This document shows, one piece after another, positions 1 through 13,589 of a DNA stretch of 64,000 bases. Source of the stretch: the human T2T-CHM13v2.0 reference genome, Homo sapiens; the NCBI RefSeq assembly GCF_009914755.1, contig NC_060928.1; one strand, given 5' to 3'. The translations under genes and the position numbers were made by a program. The notes under the pieces were generated by a model. That model was given only the letters and a program-made list of their open reading frames with translations. It was not told where the DNA came from and did not search any database. Each line of letters begins with the position of its first letter. Within the stretch, counting starts at the first letter, position 1.

Positions 1-1499
1 TATTTTTTTGTTTTTGTTTAACTGCTCTATGTAACTTCAACTATTACAAAGATTTGGATAATTGCAAGGGCTCTCAAGATGCTACAGAACATATTCAGGA
101 AAGGCTTTTAATAGAGGCAAAAAAATACAGGACAACAAAAGAAAGAGAATTTAGGTAGTTTTTGGAGCTCCAAAAGGCATCCAGGTTTATACTCCCCAAG
201 GTCATTCTTATTTGCACAAAGACGTGAATCATCTTCTGATTAACATTTTAAGGTTTGTGTACTGAATTTTGGCTTCAGGGAGCTCCTGACAGACATTCCT
301 GGCAACGTATTTTATGCCTCTCTGGTTACTTAGCCAAGCCAGGATATCTAACCTGTTACACCAGGTGAAAGGCATCCATAAACAAACCCTGGGTGCTGCC
401 AACGGAGCTTCAGACTTTAAATAGTGCATCACAAACCATTTGTTAGTTAAGATAGGCTTTATTTTGGCCAAAAAGGAAACTGGCATCCCAATATCCCCAG
501 AGATAAGCATAGAGCTGTAAAATAATTCTTTCCTGAATAACAACAGTTTTATATCAACCCTAGCAACCTTATTTCAATATTATTTATTAATATGTCTATA
601 AATACAGTACATTCCTTGGAACAGCTTTTAAAAAACATTATAGGTTCCACTTTAATATGTTGATAAGCATAGACATGCATTTATTTAATATCTGTATGTC
701 ATATATTTAAATTTTCAAATATTATAATTTGCTTTATTCCAGATCCTTCCTTTTCCTTTGACTGTCACTTCTTTTCCTTCTAGGAGTGTTTAATGGTTTT
801 TCCCTTCATTGCTGCTTTGTAACCTTCGGTTAAGAGAATAAAGTTCCCAGACGTCATGAACTGATCCAGGTTTTCAGATTCTCTATGAATAGATTTCCTA
901 ATTATTTTTTTTGCATAATGTAATTTCAAAAGACAACTGTGGTTATTGTAGATATTTGCTGGTCCTTGTGCAATTATGTTTCCAAGATATTGAGAATGTT
1001 TTTCTCCATATTCTAGAAGCAAAATTTCACAGGAATTAAATAAAACAGTAAGAGTCTCTCTTCGTATTTCTAATTATAGACTTTGCATTCATTTTGTCTC
1101 ATCTGCTGGGTTAATCCATATGCTATTCCAAATGAACAACTTAAGAACTGAGGCAACCAGTACCCTTTCTTTCTACTTTAGTTCACTGGCAAACATTGAG
1201 ATGCATGCAGGACCTCTTAAATTTTTTTTTCAAACGAAATTCTCTCAATGAAGCAGAAATATTTATTTATTGTTATTTTCCCATTATTAAGTAGACAGAA
1301 TACCAAAGTTAGACTAAATGCTTTAAAACGGTGTCAAATGTAATACTTATTTGTCAAAACAGATGGATTTGATTAGACAATTACACATATAATCTAATTT
1401 TTATTCTGTCTGTTAAAATATACTGAAAAATATAAAGTACATAAACAGACGACAACCTAAAGATAATATATTTTTAATTAAATGTTGTAAGTGGATCCC

Positions 1500-2380
1500 T
1501 TAAAAAAAGTCCCTTTTTTGAAGGCTCAGGATGTAATATTAATCAAAACACATAAAGACTCTGATCTCAAAGAGTTTACTGTCACTTAAGTAAATAGAAA
1601 ATAAATAGAGAAGTAAATATTTATTATGTGAAATGCTGGTAAGAAGTATGGAAAAAATATTCCAGAGTGCGAAGGATAGAATGTGTAAGTAGGAAGGCAA
1701 AGTGCTACTCTGTATAAGCTAATTAATGAAGATCTGTCTCAGTAATAAGACATTTGAGCAGAGACATGAAGGGATGAATGGAAGTAGCCTTGGAGTAATC
1801 TCAGAGAAGATCTTTTCAAGCAGAGGGAATTACATACACCCTGAATGCCAGAGCATGCTAGGCATAAGCAAAGAACAGTATGGTGTCAGGGATGGCTGAG
1901 ATAGATTAAGCAAGCAAAAGACTTGGAGGGGATCAGATCAGAGAGGCAACAAGAAAACAAAACATGTAGCATCTTAAAGGCCACTTTGAAAGATGGAAAG
2001 CCATTGAGGGCTTTGGAGCAGGTGTAACCTGATCTTCCTCTAATTTTAAAGTGATTATTTGGGCGAATATGGAGAATGAGACCAAAAAATTAGTTTGCAT
2101 GTTATTGAAATCAACTAGGGGAGTAGTACCTGGAAAAAGAACAGTGTTGATGTACTTGGTTGGAAGTGGTTGGAAGAAGAATAAATATTTTTACAATAAA
2201 GCCAAGAAGATGTACTGATAATTTAGGTATAGAATATGAGATGGGTGATCAGACTAGCAAGGTTATTTCAGAATTTTGGTTTTAAGTAATTCGAAGAATT
2301 AAGCTGCCATTTACTGAGATTGATGGGGAAAATTTGGAGTGTGAGGGAATCAAAAGTATGGTTTTAAATAAGTATGAATC
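1500..2380 (-). mobile_element. L2 LINE fragment (old, diverged)
   Basis: Antisense L2-like text such as 'gacatttgagcagagacatgaaggg', 'gatggaaagccattgagggcttt' and 'gctgccatttactgagat'. Boundaries approximate. Confidence 0.7.
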
Positions 2381-2767
2381 CGATAATCCTCTCATTTGTA
2401 TATATTGTAATTTTTAATTTTAATACTTTTTTCTTTCAGGGGCAGTGAAAGAAAAAGGAAAAAGAGAAGGAGGGACAGAAAGTGAAACAGAGTGAAGAGG
2501 TCAGAGGGACTGATAAAGTAAGAGAAAGACATTGCTTAAAAGAAAACCAGGAATCTCACAATTAAAAATTAAAATTCCAAATGAAAGCAGGAGATACATA
2601 ATTACTGTTAGAAGGATGCTGATTCAGGTCCACGTTGTTTTTTGAAGTCAATATTTTGACTTGAATTCTATATTCATGGAAAATCACTTGACTTATTTTA
2701 TTGATCTATTTTATTTATAGGTTTTTTTTTGTAGAACTGAATATATTTTGACCATCTTTGGAGAGCG

Positions 2768-3130
2768 GTTTAGTCAATTTGGGCTGCAATTACAAAGTTC
2801 CATAGACTCTGTGGTTTATACAAAATTTATTTCTCAGTTATAGTTCTGGAGACTGGAAGTCTAGGGTTAGAGTACCAGCATTATTGGATTTTTGGTGAAA
2901 GTTCTTCCTTGCAACTGGATGCCTTCTTGCTGTATTCTCACATAGCAGAGAGAAAGCTCTGGTGTCTCTTCTTCTTCTCATAAGGGCACTAATCCCATTA
3001 TGGGCCTCCTCCTTCGTGACCTCATGTAAACCTGATCATCCCCAAAGCCTCCACCTCCTAAGACCATCACATTGGGAGTTAGGGTTTTGATATATGAATT
3101 TTGAACGACACGAACATTCATGTCTTAGCC
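2768..3130 (-). mobile_element. MaLR LTR (MLT1A-like)
   Basis: 'tagtcaatttgggctgc...ccatagactc...agttctggagactggaagtc...ataagggcactaatcccatt...accatcacattggg' is the typical antisense MLT1 pattern. Confidence 0.8.
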
Positions 3131-3468
3131 AGGTAACAGCTCTAGGATCCTTTCTACAGCTCTAATTTACTAAAACATCACATGGATTAAAAACACTGAA
3201 AAAGTCCATTTGATATTCACAATGGTAATCTGGTTTAATCTCATTTTATTTTGTTAACTCACCTTTGTGTTGAGTATAACTTATTTTCAGAAAAGAAGTG
3301 GTGAGTGAGCAAAAATAATACATAAACACTTTCCATTCTTCAAATGTCTTCTTTGCTATTGATGAAAACAGAGCTTGGATATTTATGGTTGAGTTTTCTG
3401 AATTTATTCACCAAGAAACCAATCTTCAAGAAATTACATTTTTACTAACATCTCTGAAAAATCACATG

Positions 3469-3470
<2 letters not shown>

Positions 3471-3510
<40 letters not shown>
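3471..3510. repeat. (CA)n microsatellite
   Basis: About 19 perfect CA units read directly. Confidence 0.98.
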
Positions 3511-3511
<1 letters not shown>

Positions 3512-4329
3512 TCAATTAAAAGATCCCAGCTGCTTTGCTGAAATTTCACACATCAGCTAAGTCAAGCACCCCACTAGTCACAGGTGACAAATAATGCCTG
3601 AACATCTGCTTGCTAACAGTATAATCTGGCTCATTTACTATCACCAGTTTCCTGGTATTGTGCCCACAGGAGATGTTCAATAAATACTGAATGAAATTCT
3701 TCTACCTGTTGAGAAGACTAAATAAACCTCTGAGGTGGGGGAGTACAGATATCACAGCAGCCCTTCTTTCTCTTTTTGAATAAACAGTTGTAGGGCATAT
3801 GAAGCTTGTGAAATACACTGGACATCATTGCATTTTGATAGAAGGGTCTGAGTTTTTGATGAAGTCTAGTGTACTTTACCCAGGAAATCTAAAATAGGTT
3901 AATTCCCCCTAGGAATATTTCTTAGGTTTAGGGGAATGATAATTTCAATTTCTGCTCAGTTTGCTTTCAGAGCAAGCAGTGATCCAAATGATTAAACTTC
4001 TACCACTGGGGATAGTTAGAATTCGATGTTTCAGCTAGCCATGAATGAGTCAACAAATTGCAAGCTGTTTGGCATTTTGCCCATAAGACCAGTTACTTTT
4101 AAATGTTCTTAGATAAGGCACTGAAAATTCAATAAAAATTTTTTCAAAGATATAGCAAAATACATTTCATATTAAAATATGTGACCTTAAAATATTATCA
4201 GTTTATATTTCAAAGCCTTATTTTACATTATCTAATATGTCTATTTTAAATCCACCAAGATAAAATATTTTAATTATCTTTTACTGTAAAATTATAGATC
4301 TTTATGATGGCAACATACAATGCACTTTC

Positions 4330-5050
4330 TTTTCCAAATGTTTTTTAGTATGTACCTTGCATATATTAACCTCTCCTAGGTTGTTATTAAATAACTTTCC
4401 TTTCTCCAACATGCCACATACATACATTCTTTCTCTAACATGATTGTCTTCTTTCTTATATCACTGAAATTACAGAAGTGAATAGAAAAGAACTTTCATA
4501 TTACTTCCTTGGGGCTATCTGGCAACCTACCCTCTTATGGATCTACAAATCTTTGCCTTTCCTCATCTCAAATTCTTATTGCTCCTTAGTGCAATAGCTA
4601 ACACCTGTCTTTACCTCGTCATTGACTTTGGTATAGCAATGATCCACTCACTTTCATGCATCATCAAATGATCTCAGTAAGAGTAAAGGAAGGTTATTAA
4701 TACCTTCTGTTTTTAAACAATCCTTCCTAGGTCCCTCCCACTACCAACTCTGACTGTGACCTCATTGTCTGTTCTTCTTTGGAGAAAAACTCCACTAAAG
4801 ATCTGTCTATATGGGCTCCTCCATGAAGTTTTTGCTGTAATATTTTGCACTCACAATTATTTTGAAATTTGTCTTATCAGGATTACTAATGACCTACATT
4901 AGAACACCCAATTGTCAGTTTTTAGGCCTTGTTTTATGCAGCTTCTCAAAAGAATTTGATATATACTTTTCTTTCCATTTTTAAATATGTTACATACTTT
5001 GGTTTTGGAAAACAGAAATATCTTAGTTTTCTCCTTCCTCATTTTTTGTT
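4330..5050 (+). mobile_element. L2 LINE fragment
   Basis: 'ttatcaggattactaatgacctaca...tgtcagtttttaggccttg...ttctcaaaagaatttgata' resembles the L2 ORF2 3' region. Confidence 0.5.
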
Positions 5051-5334
5051 TTGATCTTCATGTAGATATCAGAATATAATTTGAAGAAACCCCCATATAG
5101 AGGAAATCTTAAGCTTTAGAGAAGATGGGATTGTTAATGATTCTGTGTGCATTAAAAGAGGGCTCAGGAAATAAATTTGGTAATAAAATATAATTTACAC
5201 AATGTAAGGTATGGACTGGAAACTTGCATTGTGTTTTAAATTAGAAGCTTAATTGAGAACTTGGAAAACCTTGGTAAAGAAGATTGGTGGTTATTGAATT
5301 TAGGTACTGAGGAAGAGAGTTCCGTCACTAGTCT

Positions 5335-5530
5335 GACTGGTACTTCCAAACTTTAACAAGCTTATGAATCACCACAGGATGTTGTTAAATATTTTGTCAA
5401 ATATTTATTTATCAAAATAAATATTTTTGATTCTATAGGTCTGGGTGGAACTTAATAATGCACATTTCTAAGATGTTCCCAGTTGGGATAGTAATATTGG
5501 GTCTATGGATCACACTACATACAGCAAGAA
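5335..5530. mobile_element. MER5-like hAT-Charlie fossil
   Basis: 'gaatcacc...gattctataggtctgggtgg...gcacatttctaagatgttcccag...ggatcacact' matches the MER5 layout. Confidence 0.65.
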
Positions 5531-5712
5531 TCCAGATTTGTTTTAAGAGGTTTTACCTTTAAAACAAGAGTGGAAACCAGGAGATTCTTAGAGTTATGAA
5601 GTCGTGTAAAATTATATTTAGAGAGACATAGGTGGAACATATTTAACAGGCAACTTAAGATGACTTTTATGAAAATGGGGGACGTAAATATACAGGACAG
5701 AAGAAGGGTGAG

Positions 5713-5880
5713 TGTATTAATCAGGTTACCACCAGAAAATCAGAAGGAAAACATATGTAAATATTTTGTAATATATATATATATATATACACACACAGAC
5801 ACACACAAACACAGAGGTAGAGATGACATAGATATATAGATATACACACATATAATTATAACAGAATAATAAATTATTAT
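5713..5880 (-). mobile_element. MLT2 LTR end (ERV-L LTR) with TA/CA microsatellite
   Basis: 'tgtattaatcaggttaccaccagaaaatcagaa' followed by a (TA)/(CA) tract, typical of the antisense MLT2 terminus. It abuts ERV-L internal sequence. Confidence 0.65.
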
Positions 5881-7310
5881 AACTATCACAGTCCTTATAG
5901 CTGGTATTTAAAACTGTTTTATTCTACTCCCTATTCCAGATTCGTTTTGCCTTCAACAAGCATTTCAGCTATTCATGGTACTTTGCTTGTGGGAGCGACC
6001 CAAACTTTCATTTTTGAAGTGTCTGGACCATTAGTAATTCTACCTATATTGGGTTGTTGTAGTTTTCCTTCAACTTCAGTCATAAGGTGTGATATTACTA
6101 AGAGACTCTTAAAGAGATCTCCTACATTCCAGACATACACTTCCTTACCTCCATTGTGGAATGGTAGTGGAAATTCTTCTTTGTAGTCAGGATTAGTCAC
6201 CCCAGCCAGCATAACTCCCTTCTTTGTTCATTTATTTGGAGGCATGAGGATCCCAAAGTAGATGGGTGGCCGTCTTAATTTCCAGTGCAATGGAATGATT
6301 GTTGCATGTACTAGTGTTCCTTCCTTTGGAATAACACCTACCGACAAGCAGAGCATCCAGTCACAGCAACAGGAAGCAAAATATTTGCTAATGGATCATT
6401 AAGAGTAATAGAGTGTGGTGTTACTCACATTTCTACCCTTGGATTTCTGGACCTGTGGATTGTGACCACGCTAATTTAAAGCATATACAGCTTCCAGGAG
6501 GACATTGCCTCAAACCTGCAATGCATTGCTACCTAGATGTTCCTGTAACTGAGTCTTCAAAATGCCATTCCATCATTCTCTCAAGGCAACTGCTTCAGGA
6601 TAGAGTAAAATTGATAAGATCAGTAAATTCCATGAGCATGGGCCATTGTGACATTTTATTTACTCTGAAGTAAGTTTCTTCATCAAAGCAGTGTTGTGTT
6701 GAATACTATGATGTGGAAAAGGCAGACAGTAGTTTTACATGCAGGGAAAGTTAAGTTCACATCCGGAACAAGTGTCCATTCCAGTAAGAACAAAGTGCTG
6801 CCCCTTCAATGATAGAAGTGCTTCAGTGTAATCAACCTGACATCTTGTAGCTGACTGATCACCCTGGGGAATTGTGCCATATGCGGAAATAAATCAGTGC
6901 AGGTGTCTGCTGCTGGCATATTGGGTCCTTAGCAGTGACTATAGCCAGGTTGCTTTTGGTGAGTAGAAGTTCATGTTGTTGACTCATGTGTAATCCTCAA
7001 CCCTGAGGGATGCATGCTTTACCAGGAGCCCACTGGGCAAAGAAGTTTACTGGTATCCACAGAATGGGATTTTCATATTATTTTTAAAATCTTCCTCTAA
7101 TGAAGTCATTCTTTGGTGAGCATTTTCATGGCACACAAATATCTTCACGTATTTTTGTCCATGAATAGAGGTCTACACACACACCTTTTACATAGACCTC
7201 CTTGTCACCATCACCAATTTTTTAACCACATTCCTTCAAAGTTCTTTCACATCCAGTCACACCATTGACCAGAGCTTTGAACTCAATGTACACTCATAAC
7301 TCTGGTCATT
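5880..7310 (-). mobile_element. ERV-L internal relic (dUTPase and adjacent pol), non-functional
   Basis: ORF 5973-6212(-) 'LAGVTNPDYKEE..HNGGKEVYVWNVGD..GKLQQPNIGRITNGPDTSKMKVWVAP' resembles the ERV-L dUTPase C-terminus and downstream segment. Flanking frames are broken by stops. Confidence 0.85.
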
Positions 7311-7462
7311 TCTCAAATCCATGACTATTGATTTCTGTGTTCCTTGTGATATAAATAAAGGTTACCTGGTGAGCATAAAGTAAGTGAAAATGAAGAAGGA
7401 ACTTAAAGATAGTGATGGCATGCTTTACATGTAGAATCTAAATTTTAAAATGAAAATATCTA

Positions 7463-7816
<354 letters not shown>

Positions 7817-8567
7817 TTAGAATGTTGCTGGCAGAGTACTCTCCTCTTTTTAAATTTCCCAATCTTCCCTTCGTCACGCTTTAAAAAAAGCACTTGGGGA
7901 ATGGTATCAATATTTTGCTCAATATCCTGCAATGATGCTTTAATTGTTTTAACAGTTTTATCAAAATAAGATTTAGATATTTGGAAGAGATATTTGAATA
8001 TTACACATTTTTCTAGACCCTTTATTATTGTTTTACCTTTCAGAGGTGCTCAGAAATATAGTAGTGTATAATGTCTGACTTAGAAGGCTATTACTATCCT
8101 AAAGGAACTATTTCTATTCTGAGGTAAAACTTTTCAAATGTTTAAAGATTGATTTATATTTTCTGTATATAACAATATTTATAATTTATTTGAATGCATT
8201 TCTGATATGTCATAACCTGCAAAACAAAACATTTTCACTGGAAAAAATATTCAGCATGTATTTAAAATTCTTAGGCCAATTAGTCGAGCTAGAATTTAGA
8301 TCAATTTATTGCTTGGCTTGCTAACTAGCATAGCAATTAAAGTATTTTCCTAGTATTTTCTACATATAAAATTGTTGCTTGATTACCCTAGTTTGAGAAT
8401 CTTTAAATAATATGTCCTTTTCATAGTCAACACCAAATTATTAAAGAATGCACTGAAAAATATTGTGTCAATGTATATAAAGAATATAATTAGATATATT
8501 TTTAAAATAATCATATTACAGATTATAAAATCATTTTTATTATTACATTATATAAGAGAAAGCTAAA

Positions 8568-8929
8568 TGTTATGATCTGAAAGTACGTGTCTCCCTAAAA
8601 CTCATAGGCTGAATCTTAACCCCCAATATGATAGTATTCAGAGATGTGGCCTTTAGGAAGTGATTAGGTTATGAGGGCTTTGTGCTCCTGAATAGAATTA
8701 ATGCCCTTATAAAAGAGGACTAAGGGACCTTGTTAGCCTCTTGCCCCTTCTACCAGGTAAGGACACATAGAGGATACCACATATAAAGCAGAGAGCCCTC
8801 AGGAGACCAGATTAGCTGGTACCTTGATCTTAGTCTTCCCAGCCTCCAGAACTTAAGCAATAAATTTCTATTCTTTTAAAATTACCCAATCTAAGTTATT
8901 TAGTGTAGCAGGCTGAATAAACAAAGACA
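8568..8929 (+). mobile_element. MaLR LTR (MST/MLT1A-like)
   Basis: TG...CA bounded; 'gtggcctttaggaagtgattagg', 'cttcccagcctccagaac', AATAAA, 'aattacccaatcta'. Confidence 0.85.
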
Positions 8930-9084
8930 TCAAGTATGAAGTATATTTTCTCATATATTCTTGAAATATATATATATATATACTTATATATAATGACTAT
9001 GATTCTTTTATTTTTAAAATGTATGTATCTATTTTACATTTGTTTTTATATATTCCTTGGAGTACATGTGTAGGTTTGTAACAC

Positions 9085-9385
9085 TGTCCCACTGGATTTC
9101 AGACTTGCATAGGCCCTGTAACCCCTTTGTTTTGGCCAATTTCTCCCATTTTGATCAACAGTATTTACCTATTACCTGTACTCCCATAATATCTAGGAAG
9201 TAACTAGTTTGTTTTTGATTTTACAGGCTCATAAGTAGAAGGGACTTGTCTTGTCTCAGTTGAGACTTTGGACAGTGGACTTTTTAATTAAAGCTAAAAT
9301 GAGTTAAGAATTTGGGGGACTGTTGGGAAGGCATGATTGGTTTGGAAATGTGAGGGCATGAGATTTAGAGGGGCCAGGGGCAGAA
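9085..9385 (+). mobile_element. THE1 internal 3' end with polypurine tract
   Basis: 'ctggatttcagacttgcat...gagttaagaatttgggggactgttgggaaggcatgattgg', then the PPT 'gaggggccaggggcagaa' directly before the LTR. Confidence 0.9.
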
Positions 9386-9743
9386 TGATATGGTTTGGCT
9401 GTGCCCCAAACCAAATCTTAACTTGAATTGTATCTCCCAGAATTTCCACGTGTTGTGGTGGGACCCAGGGGGAGGTACACGAATCATGGGGGCAGGTCTT
9501 TCCCCTGCTATTCTCACAACAGTGAATAAGTCTCACAAGAGCTGATGGATTTATGAGGGGTTTCTGCTTTTGCTTCTACCTTATTTTTCTCTTGCTGCCA
9601 CCATGTAAGATGTGCCTTTAGCCTCCTGCCATGATTCTGAGGCCTCCTCAGCCATGTGGAACTGTAAGTGCAATGAAACCTTTTTTTCTTCCCAGTCTCA
9701 ATGGGGTATGTCTTTATCAGCAGCGTGAAAACAGACTAATACA
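9386..9743 (+). mobile_element. THE1A-like LTR
   Basis: Starts 'tgatatggtttggctgtg', contains 'tgtatctcccagaattt', ends 'cagcgtgaaaacagactaataca'. Confidence 0.92.
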
Positions 9744-11630
9744 CTGGATTAATTTAAAAAACCTGTCTTCCAGCTCTGAAATTCTTTCTTCTGCTTAGTC
9801 TATCCTATTGTTAAAATTTTCAGTTGAATTTTGTAATTCCTTCCATATATATATTTTATTATATATTATTTATATATTATTTTATAATATTATATATTAT
9901 ATAAGATATAAATAATATATATATTATTTTCCTGCCATGTTAGAATTTTCATTTTTATAATAACCCATTGCATTAGAGCTGATGTAATCCTTTGGTGGGT
10001 CTCATAATGCCGTTTGTTACCAGTTTCAGAAATGTTATACTGTTTTTTTCTCATCTGGAGAAGATTTCACTTCTACTATTTTTGAATTTACTTTTGCTTG
10101 GTCAGAACATTTTACCCTCCCTTGAGGGTGTTGCTGAAATATATGTTCTGTATGGTTGTTTGGCTTTGGCTGTAGGTACTTTCAAGGGGCCAAGGCTCTG
10201 TATGAGTTCTTTGATTATAGATAGCCTTTGTTTGGTGGCTTTCTAAAATGCTGAATATAGTAGCAATGTACTGAGCACATGAGCAGGCTCACATCCTTCT
10301 GCGGGACTGGGATTCTGGAGGTCTTAGGAAGCGTATATTTTTCCCCAACATTGTGCACTTTGGTTAGAAGCTTTGTATTGGGTTGTGCAGTTCAAACTCC
10401 AGGCCACTAAGTTGTACTTTGGGTAAGGACTGGCTGCAGTAGAAGCAGTTGGAAATGTACTTGATCTTTGTATACTGGGAGGTGCTGTCTATTGTTTCAG
10501 TGATGGGCTGATCTGTGGAATGCTTGGTGCACTGAGTCCCTGGTTCAGCCCAAATGTTGGAGGGAATGATGCAGAGCAGAGCTGGACTGCCAAGTATACC
10601 CTTGAATATTCCAGTGATGAGTGTCTTCATGGAGGTGGTAGAAAGAGCTCCTCATTAATTGTGCTGAGGTGTTCTAAGTGGGGGAGGGAGCTGCACCAGC
10701 TTGACATCCTAGGAAGTCAGGAATACCATTCATTTCCTTATCATACCCCTGTCTTGGGGCTCGTGACTCCCAATTCATTAAGATGCTGTTGTCTATTTGC
10801 AGGTCACAATGTAACTGAGAGCCATAGATAACGCTTCTCCCTTGGTTCTTTGTGGAAATGGTTATGGCGAAGGGCCTCTTTCTTCAGTTTAAAACAGGCA
10901 GGTTTATGGCTTGCCTGTTCTCTGGTGCAGGAATGCTGCTGCTTCGCACAGAGAGTTGTGGAGCTCTGTCTTTCAGTGAGTGTGGGTGAGTGCCATCTGT
11001 GGTGGTTTTGGTCGGTTGGATCAACCTGACCTTAGACTCTTGGAGGAGTGATCAGGTTCCAGTAGTGGAGGACAAGGCTTGGCAATTCCCTGTTCCCCAT
11101 CTATGGCCTCGATGACCACCTGGTTGGCATGTAGTAGTCCTGGAGGGACTGGACTGGGACAAGATCAGAAGACTTGTCATCAGTACCTCAAGGTTGAGGT
11201 GCTGGCTATGATAGGGAGGAGCAGGCTGGTCCCCAGGCCACCAGCGGAATGCTCAGTTGGGGGCAGAACAACTGAACTGTGGGCCTGCAATGAGGGAGTG
11301 TGGGTAATTCTCAGCAGGAGCAAAAGAGAGAGGCACCTGAGTGGTTCGTGGTCTTCCTGTGCCTCCATCCCACAGCAGCAGCAGCTTGGCCTGAAAAGGT
11401 GCCTGGTCTCTCTCCCTGTCTCTCCCTGGCCCGGTGGTGGCAGTGGCAGTGGCAGCATCTGCAGCTCCAGGACAGAAAGCAGGCCTCCAGGATCAGGGCT
11501 TTTAGAATAATGCCAGGCTGCAGATGAAATGCTCAGGTTGTGGCAGAACAGTTGTACTGTGGCCCTGACAATGGGGATATGGGACCCCTCAGAAGGAGCA
11601 GCGGAGGCAAGCAATCATGGGGCCATGGGG
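9744..11630 (-). mobile_element. Old L1 ORF1 start and GC-rich 5' UTR
   Basis: Antisense ORF1 text 'ctgtcttccagctctgaaattctttcttctgctt', followed by a GC-rich L1 5'-UTR-like region. Confidence 0.7.
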
Positions 11631-12694
11631 CGTTTTACCTATTTTTAATAAAACCATATTTAAAAAAAAGAATTTCCCATAGTACAAAAATAATTTCAAC
11701 AAAAAGCTAAAGCTAGATTTTCTGAACTTTTATTCATAAAAATTTAGGGGTTCAATAAAAGTAAGGTAATAATACAGATAAAATATATGAAGATTTTAAC
11801 GTTTGTATAGAAAGGTCATAATCAAATTTTGATGTAATTACCTTCCAAAATGTATTTCTAACTTCAAATTCCATTGTATCTTTTGGTCAAGTTTTACTTC
11901 ACCCTTAGACTGAATTATGTTTTCCCGCCTCCTTTCTTGTATCTATGTCTTTGTGCAGTCCCCTTCCAATCAATTCCCCCATTACAGTATATCTTAGCTA
12001 TAAACAGTCAGTAACAGTATCTGAAGAAAATAGTTTAATCAGCAGGGTCAAGAACAAATAGCAAAATATTAAGTATAAAACATTTAGCGAAGCTACAAGT
12101 CATTTTAGGTTTATTTATTAATCACTGTATAAAACATGAAATTATAACCCTACTTTTATTTTAAGGGAGAACTAAAGTCACATAGAGAATCAGTATAACA
12201 AATACAACTAAAAATAATAATTGGATTTTATGCTTAATGCTTATGATAGTCTAGAATAATTTCAGGTTTTTAAAAATATATTAACTCATATCATCTTTGC
12301 AATAACTAATTCAGTAAGCAGTAGGTCCATCCTAAGTATATGGATGAGAACACAGAGACACAACAGGTTAAAAAAAGAATAACTAAATTTCATCCAAGTG
12401 TATGTGGTCCCTGCAGTTTGGCTGTAGAGTACTCTTCTGTTGGAATACTAGTAAGTACATTAGTTAAATAAAGCCACTATATTTTATTGCTACTGCTAAG
12501 ATAAATTAGCAGTATTAACCATGCTGAAGTTTCAGTCATGAGACAGAAAATAAAGACAGCATATATGCAGTGAAATTGTTGAAAACAATGTAAATTATAA
12601 CATAAAATGATAAAAGCTGAACACAAAATGGTGCTTTTAGAAGCTCATATTATGATGAACTGAAAAGGAAAAATATGAAAGAAAGTAATTATTG

Positions 12695-12840
12695 GGCATT
12701 ATTCTAAAAGCCCCAGTTCCTGGAGGCCTGCTTTCTGCCCTGGAGCTGCAGATGCTGCCACTGCGACTGCCACCACTGGGCCAGAGAGAGACAGGGAGAG
12801 AGACCAGGCACCTTTTCATGCCAAGCTGCTGCTGCTGTGG
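12695..12840 (-). repeat. Inverted local duplicate of 11370-11514
   Basis: Reverse complement aligns over about 146 bp with about 8 differences (hand count). The ORF track shows the same peptide 'KRCLVSLPVS..GSICSSR' on opposite strands. Confidence 0.97.
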
Positions 12841-13589
12841 TCAAAATTACAGAGTTTGCTGTCTTAAGGGAATTCAATGCTACTGTATTAGGTTAGAATT
12901 ATCTGTAGGGATACATTATAATTAGATATGTTGGTAGAATGATTAAAGCAGCATGCATTCTTTTCCAAATCTATATGGCATACGAAAAAAGTGAAGCAAT
13001 ATTTGTTGAGCAACTACAATCTGTCAAAAAAACAAAATGTGCTAAGATAGCGATTCAAATAAGTGAAAGAGAGAGAATATGTGTGGATACCCATGCACGT
13101 ATATATGACTTTCTATGAAGAGATAAAATATTAAGGGTGAAATCTTTCTTTTCCTGTCCTGATCATTTATTACCCTATCTTATACTTTACAGATGTCCTC
13201 ATTTTTAGTCAAAAAATAATTTTCAAATACATTATTATAACTCTAGTAATAATTTTAATTAATATCTTCAAATAAATTCAGATTTAACTTGAATGTATAT
13301 TGACATCTCACAATTATTACATTTATGAATAATTTCTGTGAGTTCAACAGCATTTCAAAGAATAATCAGCAATAAATGGGTACATTTTAGATATTTTCTA
13401 ACAGATCTTAAAGAATTTCCATACCTCTCTGAGGTAAAAGAGTAAGTAGTAGAGGATTAAAATGTAGAACTGTTCAATGAATTACATTTTGGGTATACTT
13501 ACCTCCTGAAAACAATTTTTAAAATGGCTTTGGAATTTTAACCAAAATGAACCTCCATACCTCTCCTTTCATTTCACCCTTATTCCTGC

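Noticed and set aside
30-560. Possible ancient LTR at the window start, and ORF 229-543
   Set aside because: The texture is LTR-like but I cannot support a family or boundaries; the ORF has no recognisable homology.
9845-9930. AT-only quasi-palindromic tract
   Set aside because: Low-complexity (TA/TTA) expansion, so self-complementarity is trivial.
11079-11614. Overlapping 143 and 144 aa ORFs on both strands
   Set aside because: They lie in a GC-rich L1 5' UTR where stops are rare, show no recognisable domain, and have no gene context.
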